A stretch of 64,000 bases of DNA from Eledone cirrhosa (Eukaryota), in assembly GCA_964016885.1 (NCBI GenBank), contig OZ024745.1, positions 33,666,001 to 33,730,000 on the forward strand. Reading direction: 5' to 3'. The stretch's first letter is position 1, and the number at the start of each line of letters is the position of its first letter. The position numbers and the translations under genes are program-made. A model generated the notes under the pieces. That model did not search any database. It saw only the letters and a list, made by a program, of their open reading frames with translations, and was not told where the DNA came from. Shown here piece by piece: positions 12,083 through 24,805 of this stretch.

Positions 12083-12257
12083 CTTTAAGTTTTGTGTTTT
12101 CTGCTTCAAGCTTGGTATTGAATTCATCACTCTGTTCTGTTGCCAGCTTTTGCTCTTCTATCACCTTCAGTAGTTCATATTCTAGACACTGGCGCTCAGC
12201 TTCACTTTTCTCAAGTCCAGACTGCAATTTGGCAATTTCTCTGGTTTTTGAAGTTAA
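12083..12257 (-). CDS. CCDC171: CCDC171-like coiled-coil protein, 4th identified coding exon
   Basis: ttttcttattcag| ... AAAG|gtaact; 175 nt, phase 0 to 1. Encodes LTSKTREIAKLQSGLEKSEAERQCLEYELLKVIEEQ..., which resembles recalled human CCDC171 [29 protein letters not shown]. Confidence 0.8.
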
Positions 12258-12714
12258 CTGAATAAGAAAATAAGATGGAGTAAGATAAGATAGATGGGGA
12301 AGGGAGGGGAATAAATAGAGGAAGTTTTGACAGTAGGAGGAAGGAAAGAAGTACAGGAGAGGAAGAGGTAGAGGAGAAGTGACAGGAGAGAGGGGAAGGG
12401 GGAGAGAGACAAGAGAAGGAGGAAGAGAGACATGGGGTTGGGGTGGGTGAGGAAAAAAGTTGAGGCAGAGTGAGAGGAGGAGAATAAAGGAGTCAATGAT
12501 AAAGGTGGAATTATATGATGGTGCTATATAGACTTCTTTTTGTTTCAGCTATGCTATCATGGTAACATATGCCTGGCTTAAATGATGGTGGTGGTAGTGA
12601 TGGTGATGGTAGTGGTGGTGATGGTAGTGGTGGCCCTTTGTGACCCTATTTCTAATGAAAAACACTGTCTATGATTTAGTAATGTAACTAACTTTGTCAT
12701 CATTAAGTTAGTGT

Positions 12715-12878
12715 CTGGATCACAACTGATGCAGGGAGTTTGTTCCATGCTTCAGCAACTCTGAATGTGAAAACATGTTTCTGAAAGTCATGGGAGCTGT
12801 GCTGTTTTCTGACTTTGTAGGCATGCCCACGTTAGGCACATCAAATTCAAAAAGGTGCTCAGGGGTTGTTGTTGGCAA
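12715..12878 (-). mobile_element. CR1-like LINE 3' fragment
   Basis: Matches 16640-16800. Confidence 0.7.
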
Positions 12879-12879
12879 G

Positions 12880-13880
12880 ATCATCATCATCATCATCATC
12901 TTTGTTTAACATCCATTTTCCACGCTAGCATGGGTTAGACGGGAGTTGTCCCACTTGAAACAAGGTTGGTCGGGTGACCGTGTCTCGCTCATATAGGACT
13001 ATCTGGCGGGTTTTCTACGGCTGGATGCCCTTCCTAACACCAACCACATTTACAGTGTGGAACTGGGAACTTTTTACCATGTTACCTACACGGCCACATT
13101 ACAGCGCAGACTGTGTGTTTTTTTCTCATGACACCTACACAATCTTGATCTCATTATCTCATTATTTGGACTGGATGTTGTGGTACCAACTTTACAGAGA
13201 GAGGGTGGTGTTGGAGGGAGTGGAAAAATAGGGTTGGGGTAGTATATTTGGTTAAGAGGTGCCTACTGACTGTAGGTTTTGCTTTGTACATAGGCATGGC
13301 GGGTCTTCTGTATTACTGCGTAGCGCCAAAGATCTCGGTCCAGTGACATTGTCTTAGAGAGGTGTAAGTGTGTAAGGTCGGAATTTATCAGATCGTCCCA
13401 GGTTTTTCTGGGTCTACCTACTCCGTAACTACCATCAATTTTGATCGCCCTGCACTTTTTTATACAGCTGTCGTCTTTCATGCGCATCACGTGACCATAC
13501 CAACATAGTCTTCTCTCAAGTAAACAGCATCTGATCCCTCTTATTCCTAATTTCTCACTTAGTTCATTTATGCTTTGCCGTTCATGCAACGGAGCATGCA
13601 TGCTTCATTCCTTTCTAGTCTGCGCAGGTCCTCTGCACATAATGCCCATGTCTCACTACCATGTAGCATTGCTGTTCGTATACAAGCATCATACAATCTG
13701 CCTTTCATTTTTAGAGAGAAACCTTTTGTGGCCAACAGCGGTATTAGCTCTCTGAACTTTTTCCATCCCGTTCTGACTGGCTACTGTACTTTCAGAACAC
13801 CCTCCCCCACTTCTGATTTCGTGACCCAGGTAATGGAAAGTGTCTACTATTTCTATAGAACCATCTGCCTGATTCAGGAA
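12880..13880 (-). mobile_element. RTE LINE 3' fragment
   Basis: ORF 13263-13601 (WYGHVMRMKDD, GRPRKTW), 3' UTR and (GAT)n tail. Confidence 0.88.
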
Positions 13881-14342
13881 TTAAACACATGCCCATGATC
13901 CAGCACTGTAACCTCTAGGCCATATACCTTCACAATTTAGGCCATGTACCTTCACAATTTATAGTGTACTGGGTACACCAAAACAACATCAACACTCCCT
14001 ATAATACAAAAAATCTTCCAACCTTCAAGTTATATACTAAATGTGGAAATCACTCTTAACACATCTCTCCATGACAAGCAAATGGCCTGTCATATTCTAA
14101 CATTGTAAGAACAACACTATACCATTAATTTACAGATGTCTGCTCCTATAATTAACTCAGTAAAATTAATTAACTAACAATTCTTTATCAGAATAGAAAC
14201 ATTGGAACAGATAGAACAAATATAAAACAAATCTAAATTAGAACAAATTTAAGAAACAGAAAATATATATATATAAAAACATTTCTAAGTCACGCACTCT
14301 AATTGTGGATGATTGCATACAAACACGTGTACATTTAACAAT

Positions 14343-14346
<4 letters not shown>

Positions 14347-14415
<69 letters not shown>

Positions 14416-14680
14416 TATACACACAGACTCATACATGGATGCACACACATGCATATGCATACATATATACACACATATATATATAGCATCATCATAATAT
14501 ATATTTACACACATGCATATATATATATACACACACACACCTGCATATATATACACATACACATATATATATATATAAACACACACATGCATATATATAT
14601 GTACACACACATACATACATATATACATTCATATACTTATCTATAATATATATATGCACCTAGTCACACACATACACACA
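14347..14680. repeat. (TA)n microsatellite and TA/CA-rich low complexity
   Basis: Seen directly in the sequence. Confidence 0.95.
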
Positions 14681-15369
14681 TGTATACTGATTTTTCCTGT
14701 GCTATTTTCTGTTTAAAAATCATTTCACTTTCCATTAACAATAAAATTAAAAAGCAACTTCTTACACCTCAAATGGCAAGCTGAACACATATACTTTCTC
14801 TTTGGAAAAAAATGTTTCTGTTTCTTCCTCTTCTTATTCTTGTCTATCTTTCTATTTCTTCTTTTATTTCTCATTCTATCTTCTGATGAAGGATTCACAT
14901 TTGAAACATTCAGAATCTTTTCTTACCATATTAATTGTTAAACTAATATATGTATATGGAGGCACATGGCTTAGTGGTTAGAGCATTGGCCTTGCAATCG
15001 AAAGGTTGTGAGTTCAATTCTCAGACCGGGTGATGTGTTGTTTCCTTGAGCAAGACACTTTATTCCACATTGCTCCAGTTTACTCAGCTGTAGAAATGAG
15101 ATGATAGGGACTGGGGTCCCTATCATTCCACTGCAAAGTGGTCGTGGAGGTGCCACGGCAAAAAAGAACCCAGCACTCACTGTGAATGAGGTTGGTGTTA
15201 GGAAGGGCATCCAGCTGTAGAAATCAAGCCAGAATTAGTTCCCGTCCCACCCTTGCAAGCAGGGAAAAGCGGACGTATGATGATGATGATGTGTGTATGT
15301 GTGTGACTAGGTGCATGTATATATATATATTATAGATAAATATATGGATGTATATATGTGTATATATAT

Positions 15370-15710
15370 ATATATACACATATATACATGATGTTGACTT
15401 GTTCTTCTTTTTGGTAAATATCATCTTGGTTAAGAGAGTGGGACTGGCTTTGTGCAGTGCCTTTGCTCACTATAAAAGCTTCACAGCACAGGCATTGCTT
15501 TATATCTGGAGATCTCTCTGCACTTATCGTCACATGGTACCATGGGCCCAGCACTATGTGTCAATAATTGTCACAAGTGTAGTGTTTGTACCAGAGTTTT
15601 CAAGTCGCTGGCTGGACTAAAAAGTCACAGTCGTTCAGCGCATCGGTAGGGGTTCTCCTACATGGATATAAAGTAGTGGCCGTACTCGAAAACGAGTTGG
15701 CAGCCACCAT
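15370..15710 (+). mobile_element. 3' end of an RTE-like LINE with a C-terminal C2H2 zinc finger
   Basis: Translates HKCSVCTRVFKSLAGLKSHSRSAHR*, followed by a short 3' UTR and a (TA)n tail. Confidence 0.6.
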
Positions 15711-15789
15711 ATATATATATATATATATATATCTTCATTATTGTATCGTTTTGCTGTGTTTATCTGTTTACTTTCTGCATACATATACA

Positions 15790-16060
15790 TAGTCATTGCT
15801 CCCAGATGCACCTTGTGTACATCAGAAGATGCTGTTGTGTCTGGGTTTAGGTGATCAGAAAAGTATTCTCTCCCCTTGATGTGGATGCACCTCTGTGAAG
15901 AAAGGAAAACCCCAATGCATTTCGATAGCAGGTGTGGAGAAGGATTTCTTATGAAGCTGGCGGATGGTCTGCCAGAACACTTTATTTGCTGATCTGAAGT
16001 TAGATTCCAGCCTAAGCCCAAAGTCCTCCCATGTTTTAACTTTGGATACCTTTACTGTCT
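15790..16060 (-). mobile_element. Degenerate LINE ORF2 fragment
   Basis: KVKTWEDFGLRLESNFRSANKVFWQTIRQL ... REYFSDHLN, resembling the EN-RT linker. Confidence 0.6.
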
Positions 16061-16274
16061 CAGTACATCTCAATGAAAAGATTGCTAAAATACATCTACT
16101 TCAGAGAACCAAATACATTGTTTAGGTTACTTTACTAGGAATCTACCCATCGATAAATTTGCATAAGGTATTATTATATATATATATATTAATAATAAAA
16201 TAACCATAATAAAATTATTGTCTACAGTGCTCAGGTGCACTACAACTCGTCAAAGGTGCATGTATAGTACATAT

Positions 16275-16464
16275 AATTGTTTCTACTTTTGGCATAAGGC
16301 CAGCAATTACCCAGTACATTACTGGTACTTTATTTTATCGACCCCGTAAGGATGAAAGGCAAAGTTAACCATGGCGGGATTTGAACTCAGATAGTAAAGG
16401 GACGGAACTCTTTGCGTCAAAGCATGGCGTCCGACCCTCTACTGATACTGCCAATCCACCGCCC
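16275..16464 (-). mobile_element. tRNA-derived SINE
   Basis: Full-length match to the family at 52491-52682. Confidence 0.85.
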
Positions 16465-16479
16465 TATATAATAATGTAC

Positions 16480-17442
16480 AAATGTACATATAATAATGTA
16501 CAAATGTCAGGAAAGTGAACAGTGTATGAGTCATGATATACATGTGTGTGTGTGTATAAAGGGGGGGGGGGATATCAGGTGTAGTGTTGGCGAATCTCAG
16601 GAAGCATGGAGGTTTTAAAGGATGCAGTGTCTCGACAGCTAATAACTGACGCAGGTAGTTTGTTCCATGCTTCAGCAACTCTGAGCGTGAAAAAATGTTT
16701 CTGAAAGTCATGAGAGCTGTGCTGTTTTCTGACTTTGTAAGCATGCCCATGTTAGACACATGGAATTCAAAAAGGTACTCAGGGTTGTTGTTGGTAAGAT
16801 GGTTAATAATTTTGTGGGTGTTTACCAAGTCAATTGCCAGACATCGGAGATTCAATGTATCCATGCCCAGGGAAGCAAGGCATTCGGAGTATGGTAGATG
16901 CCTGATGGAGGGTATTCGCTTGGTTGCACGTCCCTGAACAGTTTCCAGGATGTCAATGTTCTGAGCAAGATAGGGGTTCCAGACTGGTGATGCAAATTCT
17001 AAGTGTAGCTGCACCATAGATATATACAGCTTTAAATAGATAGCTGGAGAGTGGCTGACAAAGGTCTTGCTGAGTGATGCTAAGACACCCTTGGCCTTCT
17101 TGACAATTTTAGTGACATGCTTTGTCCAACGCAAATCGCTGCTGACTGTAATGCCCAGGTCACGTTCACAAGAAGACTTCTTGATATTAGTGTTGTGGAG
17201 GGAGTATGTGGACACTGGGTTTTTACTCCCAAAATGCATGGTGGTACACTTGTCCACAGCCAACTTGAGTTGCCAGTCCGTGATCCATTGCTGCATTGTG
17301 TCCAGGTCTGACTGCAGGAAAGATCTATAGTGTTCAGGATCTCTCCTTTTTATCTCAAGGTACAAATTGATGTCATCTGCATATTTCAGTACTGTGGCAT
17401 TCTTCATGTTGGCATCTATGTCATTAATATATGCCACAAATC
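16480..17442 (-). mobile_element. CR1-clade LINE, RT C-terminal half and 3' end
   Basis: YINDI..KYADD, LQSDL, ERDLGITVSSDLRWTKH, LEFASPVWNPY within ORF 16439-17512. Confidence 0.88.
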
Positions 17443-18990
17443 TCTTGCTCATATGGGAACTGATTCTGGCTTGATTTCTACAGCTGGATGCCCTTCCTAA
17501 CACCAACCTCATTTACAGTGAGTACTGGGTGCTTTTTTTCTGAGGCGCCTACATGTCCACTTCACAGTGTGGGCTGGGTGCTTTTTTGCCATGGCACCTC
17601 CATGACCACTTTGGAGTGGAAGGGCGGGAGGGAGGGGGGCATATTGTCTATATGCTTCAGCTTCGGCTTCTACCCGTGGGAAGCTGGGTCTTCTGTATTA
17701 CTGTGTGACACCAGAGGTTGCGGTCGTGTGTCATCGCCCTTGAGAAGTGCAATTGGGTAAGGTCGGCTTTTATCACCTCATCCCAGGTCTTCTTGGATCT
17801 CCCACTCTACGGCTTCCATCGACTTCTAGTGCTCTACACCTTTTTATGCAGCTGTCATCCTTCAAACGCATCACATGTCCATACCAACACAACTCATCTA
17901 CTGCACACAGCATTTGATTCCTCTTATGCTCAGTCTCTCCTCTCTCAATTCGTTTATGCTTTGCCGTTCGCGTATATTATTATTACACACCCATTGGGGC
18001 ATGCAAGCTTCGTTTCTTTCTAATCCACACAAGTCTTCTACAGACAGCGCCCAGGTCTCACTACCATGTAACATTGCTGTTCATATACATGCATCACACA
18101 GTCTGCCTGTTATTTTGAGGGAAAAACATTTTGCAGCTAGCAGTGGCAGCAGCTCCTTAAACTTCTTCCATCCCGTTCTTACTCTAGTTATTGTACTTTC
18201 CGAACATCCACCTCCTCTGCTAATTCGGTCACCTAGGTAGCAGAAGCTGTTTACTAGTTTGGTGGTGCATGTTTACTGCTTGCTGTCCCAGTACAGCTGC
18301 TACATGTGAAGCCTACATACTTAGTTAAGCTTCCTGAGATCCCACTACATCTCTTGTGTACCCATTGTTTGCATTTGGGGCAGAGAATGGAGTTCCTACC
18401 TACACCTTTCCTACATACTGAGGAAGGCCATTTCCCTGAGGGGATCTGGGTTCTATTTTCTTGTCTACTTACGAGGACCTTAGTCTTTGTCAGGTTGACC
18501 CTGAGACCCTTTCTCTCTAGTCCCTGCTTCCAAGTTTGGAATTTCTTCTCTAGTTCCACCATAGATTCAACTATAAGTGTGAGATCATCCACATATAGGA
18601 GTTGCCATGGGCATCCGGTCTTCAATTCCTCTGTTATTGCCTGCAAACAGAGGGTTAAGAACAGAGCCCTGGTGGACACCGACCTGTAAGCTAAATTCCT
18701 CGCTATAGTCATTGCTAACCCTAACTTTGCTGACTGCTCCTCTATACATGGCTTGTACAGCTTTCACAAGCCATTCATCTACTCCTAGTTTTCTAAGAGC
18801 CCACCAGATTATAGCATGACTCTGTCGAAGGTTTTTTCCAGATCGACGAATGCCTGGTAGAGTGGATTACTTTTAGCTAGGTACTTTTCCTGTAACTGAC
18901 TCACAAGGAAGAGGGCCATCAGTGCTGCCTTTTCCTGGTACAAACCTAAATTGCATCTCATCTAGTTTTACTCGGTCCCTAATCAGCTGT
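17443..18990 (-). mobile_element. RTE LINE fragment (RT with PHD-like insert, degenerate)
   Basis: ORFs 18585-18767 and 18254-18712 (LLYVDD, CPKCKQWVHKRC). Confidence 0.88.
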
Positions 18991-19019
18991 GCTATATATA
19001 TATATATATATATATATAC

Positions 19020-19353
19020 ACCCCCGTCCCACTACCCTCACCCCATCCACACCACCCCTTTCAATGTAAAGTTATGTTGGTACCACAACATCCAGTCCGA
19101 AACAAATGAGGTTGTGTAGGTGTCATGACAAAAATACACACAGTCCACGCTGTAATGTGGCCGTGTAGGTAACACGGTAAAAACCTCCCAGTCCACACTG
19201 TAAACGTGGTTGGTGTTAGGAAGGGCATCCAGCCGTAGAAAACCCGCCAGACAGTCCTATGCGAGCAAAACAACCACTCTTGCCTCAAGTGGGAAAACTC
19301 CCATCCAAACCCATGCAAGCGTGGAAGATGGACGTTAAACGATGATGATGATG
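19020..19353 (+). mobile_element. RTE 3' UTR fragment
   Basis: Matches 28200-28650 and ends in (GAT)n. Confidence 0.8.
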
Positions 19354-19633
19354 ATATATATAAATACAATATGTTGAAAAGGTAACACACTAGAGAGAGA
19401 TAGTGAGCCATCAATAAAACAGGGAAAACCACCAGTGTATGGAATCTATAATCTATGGAAGGCAGGGTAGACACACAATAATTAAAAATATAAATTAAAA
19501 CGAGAGTCTATGGCTCCGTTAATTTATCATGATATATATATATATATATATATATTAATAAGAGGAATTCCAACTTATTAATATAATCTTCTATACACAA
19601 TCATACACACCCGTGTATATTTACCTATCTATA

Positions 19634-19675
<42 letters not shown>

Positions 19676-19679
19676 TGTG

Positions 19680-20021
19680 TGTCTGTTATATGTAAAATGA
19701 ACCCCCCAGATAAACTGTAAAACTAGAAATGTAGTCTATAGCATAAGATGTACAGAGGGTACTTGCAGGAACATGACAACAACATACATAGGTGAGACAG
19801 CTCCTAGCATAGGAGAAAGAATAGACCAACACTGCGAGGAATTAAAAGGACAAAAAAACGGTTCAGTACTATATAAACATGCCAGACAAAAACATGATGA
19901 TAATATAGACAACATAGAAATTAAAATATCTAAACATAGAAATGACCCAACAGGTAGGAAAATCAGAGAAGCAAGTGAAACAGAGCTTAGAAAACCAAAG
20001 TTAAACAGAAAAAACAAATGA
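19680..20021 (+). pseudogene. GIY-YIG endonuclease of a second PLE family (Neptune/Penelope-like), 5'-truncated
   Basis: CKTRNVVYSIRCTEGTCRNMTTTYIGETAPSIGERIDQH...SVLYKHARQKH...RKIREA...KPKLNRK*. Confidence 0.8.
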
Positions 20022-20291
20022 AATAACAACAACCATACCCAAACAAACAATACTGACTTAAGGGAAATATAAATAAATATATACACAAGTACAATAACAA
20101 CAAACATATAAACACACACTAGTAAAAGATAGAATGCAAAAACCAAAACACATACACTCAAACACGAACACACACATCAAACATTATACACACACGCAAA
20201 CGCATGGACAGAGACGGAGACAAAAATAAATAGATAAATAAAATAAAAATGGCATAAACATTACAATACAATAGGAGGGAACATGATAATA

Positions 20292-20336
20292 GTACCACTG
20301 ATGATGTTGCAGATGTGCAACGAAAGAACTTTGATA
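20292..20336 (+). ncRNA. Minimal hammerhead ribozyme, second family
   Basis: gtacca-CTGATGA-t-gttgca gatg tgcaac-GAAA-gaaCTT-tgata. Perfect 6-bp stem II; lies ~270 bp 3' of the GIY-YIG. Confidence 0.7.
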
Positions 20337-20561
20337 AACTATATATATATATTTATATCTGTATTTTTAACCTTTGGTCAGTCAATGATAAACGTTGATA
20401 GCCAAATAAATTAACTATGGAGAAATAAAAGATACAGAAGCAAGAACCAATCAAACAGTGAGTGTATTCTGTTATTATTTCTGGCAATATTATTACAACA
20501 ATATGACCCTCCCCAAGTATGACAATATATATATATATATTGATTTAATGATGATGATGAT

Positions 20562-20880
20562 AGAGAGAGAGAGAGAGAGTAGGGAAGTAATAGAGAGAGA
20601 GGGAGAGAGTAGGGAAGAGAGAGAGAGAGAGAGTAGGGAAGTAATAGAGAGAGAGGGAGAGAGTAGGGAAGAGAGAGAGAGAGAGAGTAGGGAAGTAATA
20701 GAGAGAGAGGGAGAGAGTAGGGAAGAGAGAGAGAGAGAGTAGGGAAGTAATAGAGAGAGGGAGAGAGTAGGGAAGAGAGAGAGAGAGAGTATGGAAGTAA
20801 TAGAGAGAGAGAGAGAGAGAGTAGGGAAGTAATAGAGAGAGAGAGAGTAGGGAAATAATAGAGAAAGAGTAGGGAAGTAA
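20562..20880. repeat. Compound (GA)n/gtagggaa minisatellite
   Basis: Repeated ~58-60-bp units of gtagggaagtaata(ga)n ggga(ga)n gtagggaa(ga)n. Confidence 0.9.
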
Positions 20881-20896
20881 TTAGTGAAACACTTAC

Positions 20897-20976
20897 TTCA
20901 TTGTTAATCTTTTTAGTGAATTCTAGCTTTTTTGCAATGAGGTTATTCCATCTCCTTCGGCTCCGTATGGCATTGT
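20897..20976 (-). CDS. CCDC171: CCDC171-like, 3rd identified coding exon
   Basis: aatccag| ... GAA|gtaagt; 80 nt, phase 1 to 0. Encodes DNAIRSRRRWNNLIAKKLEFTKKINNE, versus recalled human [27 protein letters not shown]. Confidence 0.78.
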
Positions 20977-21091
20977 CTGGATTGGTTTTAAGGAGAAAAA
21001 TGGTAAGGAAATATAGGAAATGAAATACAAACATGGTATATGAGAGAAATAGAGAGAGAGATAGTATATACACACATACATATATATATAA

Positions 21092-21477
21092 ATGATATTA
21101 ATAAATGGAAACTATATTTATAAAACCATATTTATTCTATTATATTTATTTCAAGAGTACCAAAACTTTGGTACGCTCTCATCAGATAAAATACAAAGTT
21201 TGTTTTATAAATAGTGACATACCCAGGAATCAGACCTTAACGGTTCAAGTTCTGTTTGGATAGTTAGGGACTTGAACCGTTAAGGTCTGATTCCTGGGTA
21301 TGTCACTATTTATAAAACAAACTTTATATTTTATATAATAGAATAAACATGGTTTTATAAATATAGTTTCCATTTATTAATATCATTGATATTATACTCC
21401 AGAAAATCTGTTGAGTGCTTCGTATCTGTTATAAATATATTTGTTGAATTACCAACAAATTAAATATCCCTTTGCTT
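21092..21477. mobile_element. Solo PLE terminal module as an inverted pair
   Basis: Arms 21092-21250 and 21270-21388 are reverse complements. The right arm continues to the family terminus and (TA)n. Confidence 0.85.
21133..21193 (-). ncRNA. Minimal type I hammerhead ribozyme
   Basis: Minus strand: tattttat-CTGATGA-gagcgtaccaaagttttggtactctt-GAAA-taaatATA-atagaata; core intact. Confidence 0.85.
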
Positions 21478-22714
21478 ATATATATATATATAATAGATAA
21501 TCATTTCCATATATCAACACTATATATATATGTACATTTTTTGTATATAGTTATTTTTCAAAATAAACAAAGAATGCGTCTTAAAGCTGAAATCCTCCAG
21601 AGTGCTACATATACTAGGTTTAGAGCAACAGAACAAATAGATTACCTGAATATATAACAAAAAGGAGAAAAACAATTCAAGGTAAATGTATTAAAATAGA
21701 TTATATATTCTATTGAAATACATATTGTCACACTGGCTTCATTACTATAGATAGAAACAGAATTGTCATTGGCTTGAAATAAACTTGGATTTACCTAGAT
21801 TCATTATCATTATCATAATTTCCTGTCCGTGTTACATGTTGGCATGGGTTTCATGGGTTGTCACAGCCTGAGACTTGACAGGCAAAGAAGGACCTCATCA
21901 TGCCCATACATTTCATATTAAGTATGGCTTCTACAGTTGGATGCCCTTCCCAATGCTAACCACTTTACACAGAAGACTGGGTATGTTTTATTGTGGTATC
22001 AGTACTCCACCTTTATAGAGTGTGTTGGGTGCATTTTATTGTGGCACTAGCAATACCACTTTACAGAAATACCGAGTGTATTTTATTGTGACACCAGCAC
22101 AATCCAGAGCATACTGGGTGCATTTTATTGTGGCACTAGCACTACCACTTTCCAGAGCATACTGGGTGTATTTTATTGACACCAGCACTACCACTTCCCA
22201 GAGAAGAATACTGGGTGTATTTTATTGAGACACCAGCATTAGAGAGATTGTAATATGCTTGATCAGGCTAAATAATCCTCTCTACCTTTACTGTCTCCAA
22301 TTGTCAACAAATTTACCAAGTGTACTTGCTGTACTTTATTATGGCACCAACACTAGAAGGGCTGTCATGCACTTCACAGTGTGGGAGGATCCTCTCAACT
22401 GTATGCTGTCTTTGTCTGTTCCCTCACCACTTTATGGGGGCATGGTGTACTGATTGGATTACATTGTAATGCTAGAAATAGTCTCATCCACTGCAGGAAA
22501 AAAAGATCTCTTGATGTAGTCTCTGATCTCTCATATTTACTTTTAGCCAGAGTAGCATTAAACCTTTTTGAAGCCCTAAAGACTTGAAAGATTCAGGCAC
22601 AAAGTCAACAATTTTTGGTGGGAGGAGAAAGTCGATTAAATCAACCCCAGTGCATTACTGGTACTTTATTTTCATGCCGAAAGAATGAAAGGCAAAGCTA
22701 ACCTTGGTGCAATT

Positions 22715-22955
22715 TGGAATGCTACATGTTACAACACATTCTTCAGTGACAACATGGGTCATTTGGCTACCATCCCTGGCTTCACTGCCTGCCAGGCCAA
22801 AGAAGACAAACAGTTAAAGTATCGGCCACTCTCTCATAGGTTTAGAGTTGAGCCTGTGGCAGTGGAGACTTCCAGCTTTCTTGGTCTCTGGACCACATCC
22901 CTACTCACAGCTATCAGGGCATAGTTGGCTACCTGCAATAGCAAGCCCCGTGAGA
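22715..22955 (+). mobile_element. CRE-like non-LTR retrotransposon fragment (restriction-like endonuclease region)
   Basis: WNATCYNTF...AKEDKQLKYRPL..RFRVEPVAVETS..LG. Confidence 0.6.
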
Positions 22956-23063
22956 TGGGATAGATAAACAGACATATAGAGGCATACAGAGATATGTTGA
23001 CAGACATAGAGAGAGACAGAGAAAGAGAGATATAGCGACACACACAGAGACAGATAGATAGAC

Positions 23064-23120
<57 letters not shown>

Positions 23121-23331
23121 TAGGAGGAAGTTATGTTAGCATGACTTGGCAAGCTATTTAGAACACTGGATTAACCACTTTACTTCCCTCCGAAGAAGAG
23201 ATATTATCTTGAAAATTAGGATATTTAAATAAATTTAAGGTAAAAGACTAATTGTCAACAATATCTTTTGCATTTGCATTTATATTCTATATCCATACCT
23301 GCATTGTCTTGGCCTTACAACTCCAAACGTT

Positions 23332-23371
<40 letters not shown>

Positions 23372-23471
23372 AATAAGGACAGATAGATATAGAGAGAGAC
23401 AGAGAAAGAGAGATATAGAGACATACACAGAGACAGATAGATAGACATTATATATATATATATATATATAG

Positions 23472-23503
<32 letters not shown>

Positions 23504-24439
23504 GAAATAAGGACAGATAGACATATATAGAGAGACAGAGAGAGAGATTGACAGGCATATATATATAGAGAGAGATTGACAGACATATATATAGAGGGAC
23601 ACAGAGAGACATAGACAACCTTTACATAGAATGATTGGAGATCTTAGTATTAATAAAAGGTAATTACTGAAACCACCACCACTACTACTACTAGATTTAG
23701 TTGAAATGATGATGAGGCTTAAACAAAAAAAAAACCAAAAAAAAACAACACTGACTAAACCCAGATAGAACACAATTAAACAGTGACGTTTATTATGAGT
23801 TTCTTTTTTTTTGTTGCTGCAGAAGTTTGATTAATAAATAACTATAATTAATTTTTGTCTTCTGATTTTTACCATTGATAACATAATTGAAATGGAAAAT
23901 ACTAGATTTCATGTGAAAGAATCTGGTTTAATCTTGGCACAATGACATTACATGAATTGAACTAAGAAAACAATACAAAACAAAACGACAAACAAACCCC
24001 AAAATTAAACATGTGAATTCTAAAACAGGAAGAGGATAGGGATGAGGGGGAGGATGAGAGAAAGGGTTGTAGTTGGTAGAATTTTTTAAATTCTTATATT
24101 CTCTTACTGGTTGCAGGCATTAGACTGTGGCTATGCCTGAAGAGATTTAGTCGATACCACACCTTCCCTCCCAGTATTTATTTTTGAATTTTGTTACTTA
24201 TTTTATCAATCTCTATTTTTCGAAAAATGCTAATTTATAAGACAACGGCACGAAACTCACCCCACCCTATATATACATATCTAATGAGCGTCTTCAGTTT
24301 GAGGAAGAATATTCCAGTAAATGGCCAAATAGTTTAGATGTCTTAAGTGCGTGTGAGTGTTCACATTCTCTTTCTTTCACTCACTACCCCCGTCTCTCTC
24401 ACCTTCCCCATCTCTGACTATTATAAGCAAATGAAAGCC

Positions 24440-24630
24440 CAAGCGCTAGCCACCCTGTGGTCCCAGTGGACAGAATAGAGAAGGCTTTTCCCCAGAGGAT
24501 GGTGAGGGAGATGCATTGGAAGAGCCATTCCAGCTTGTGAGCCTGACATCTGCGGGTAGCCAACTCCATGGTGATGGAGGTGAGTAGGTAGGTGATCCTA
24601 GGGCCAAGGATACCAGAAGTCTCCACTGTT
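24440..24630 (-). mobile_element. CRE-like C-terminal fragment (a third, weaker copy at ~48680-48810 +)
   Basis: VETSGILGPR...EWLFQCISLTILWGKAFSILSTG. Confidence 0.6.
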
Positions 24631-24805
24631 TGATCAATGAAACAATCTGCTCATGAAATTATCACCTAAGTGACTTAACATTTCACAGACATGTGTACCC
24701 ATAACTCTTTAGTATTTAAACTGGCTGTATCCGGCCAGAATTCTCCCGACTTTTTGTTAAAACTGGCTGCTCATACTTATGTTAAGGTATTGTTCTCAAA
24801 ATAAA

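Noticed and set aside
14238-14646. ORFs rich in IY/HT/ER/SL (also 20411-21073, 23287-23773, 35151-35457, 59904-60326, 61463-61744)
   Set aside because: Translations of microsatellites. Only the 80-nt exon inside 20411-21073 is credible.
21560-21650. Extra host exon after a minus-strand acceptor at ~21645
   Set aside because: Stop codon in the required phase and no clear donor.
23185-23225. ccgaaga...gaaa hammerhead-like string
   Set aside because: Core is mutated and stems I and III are unconvincing.
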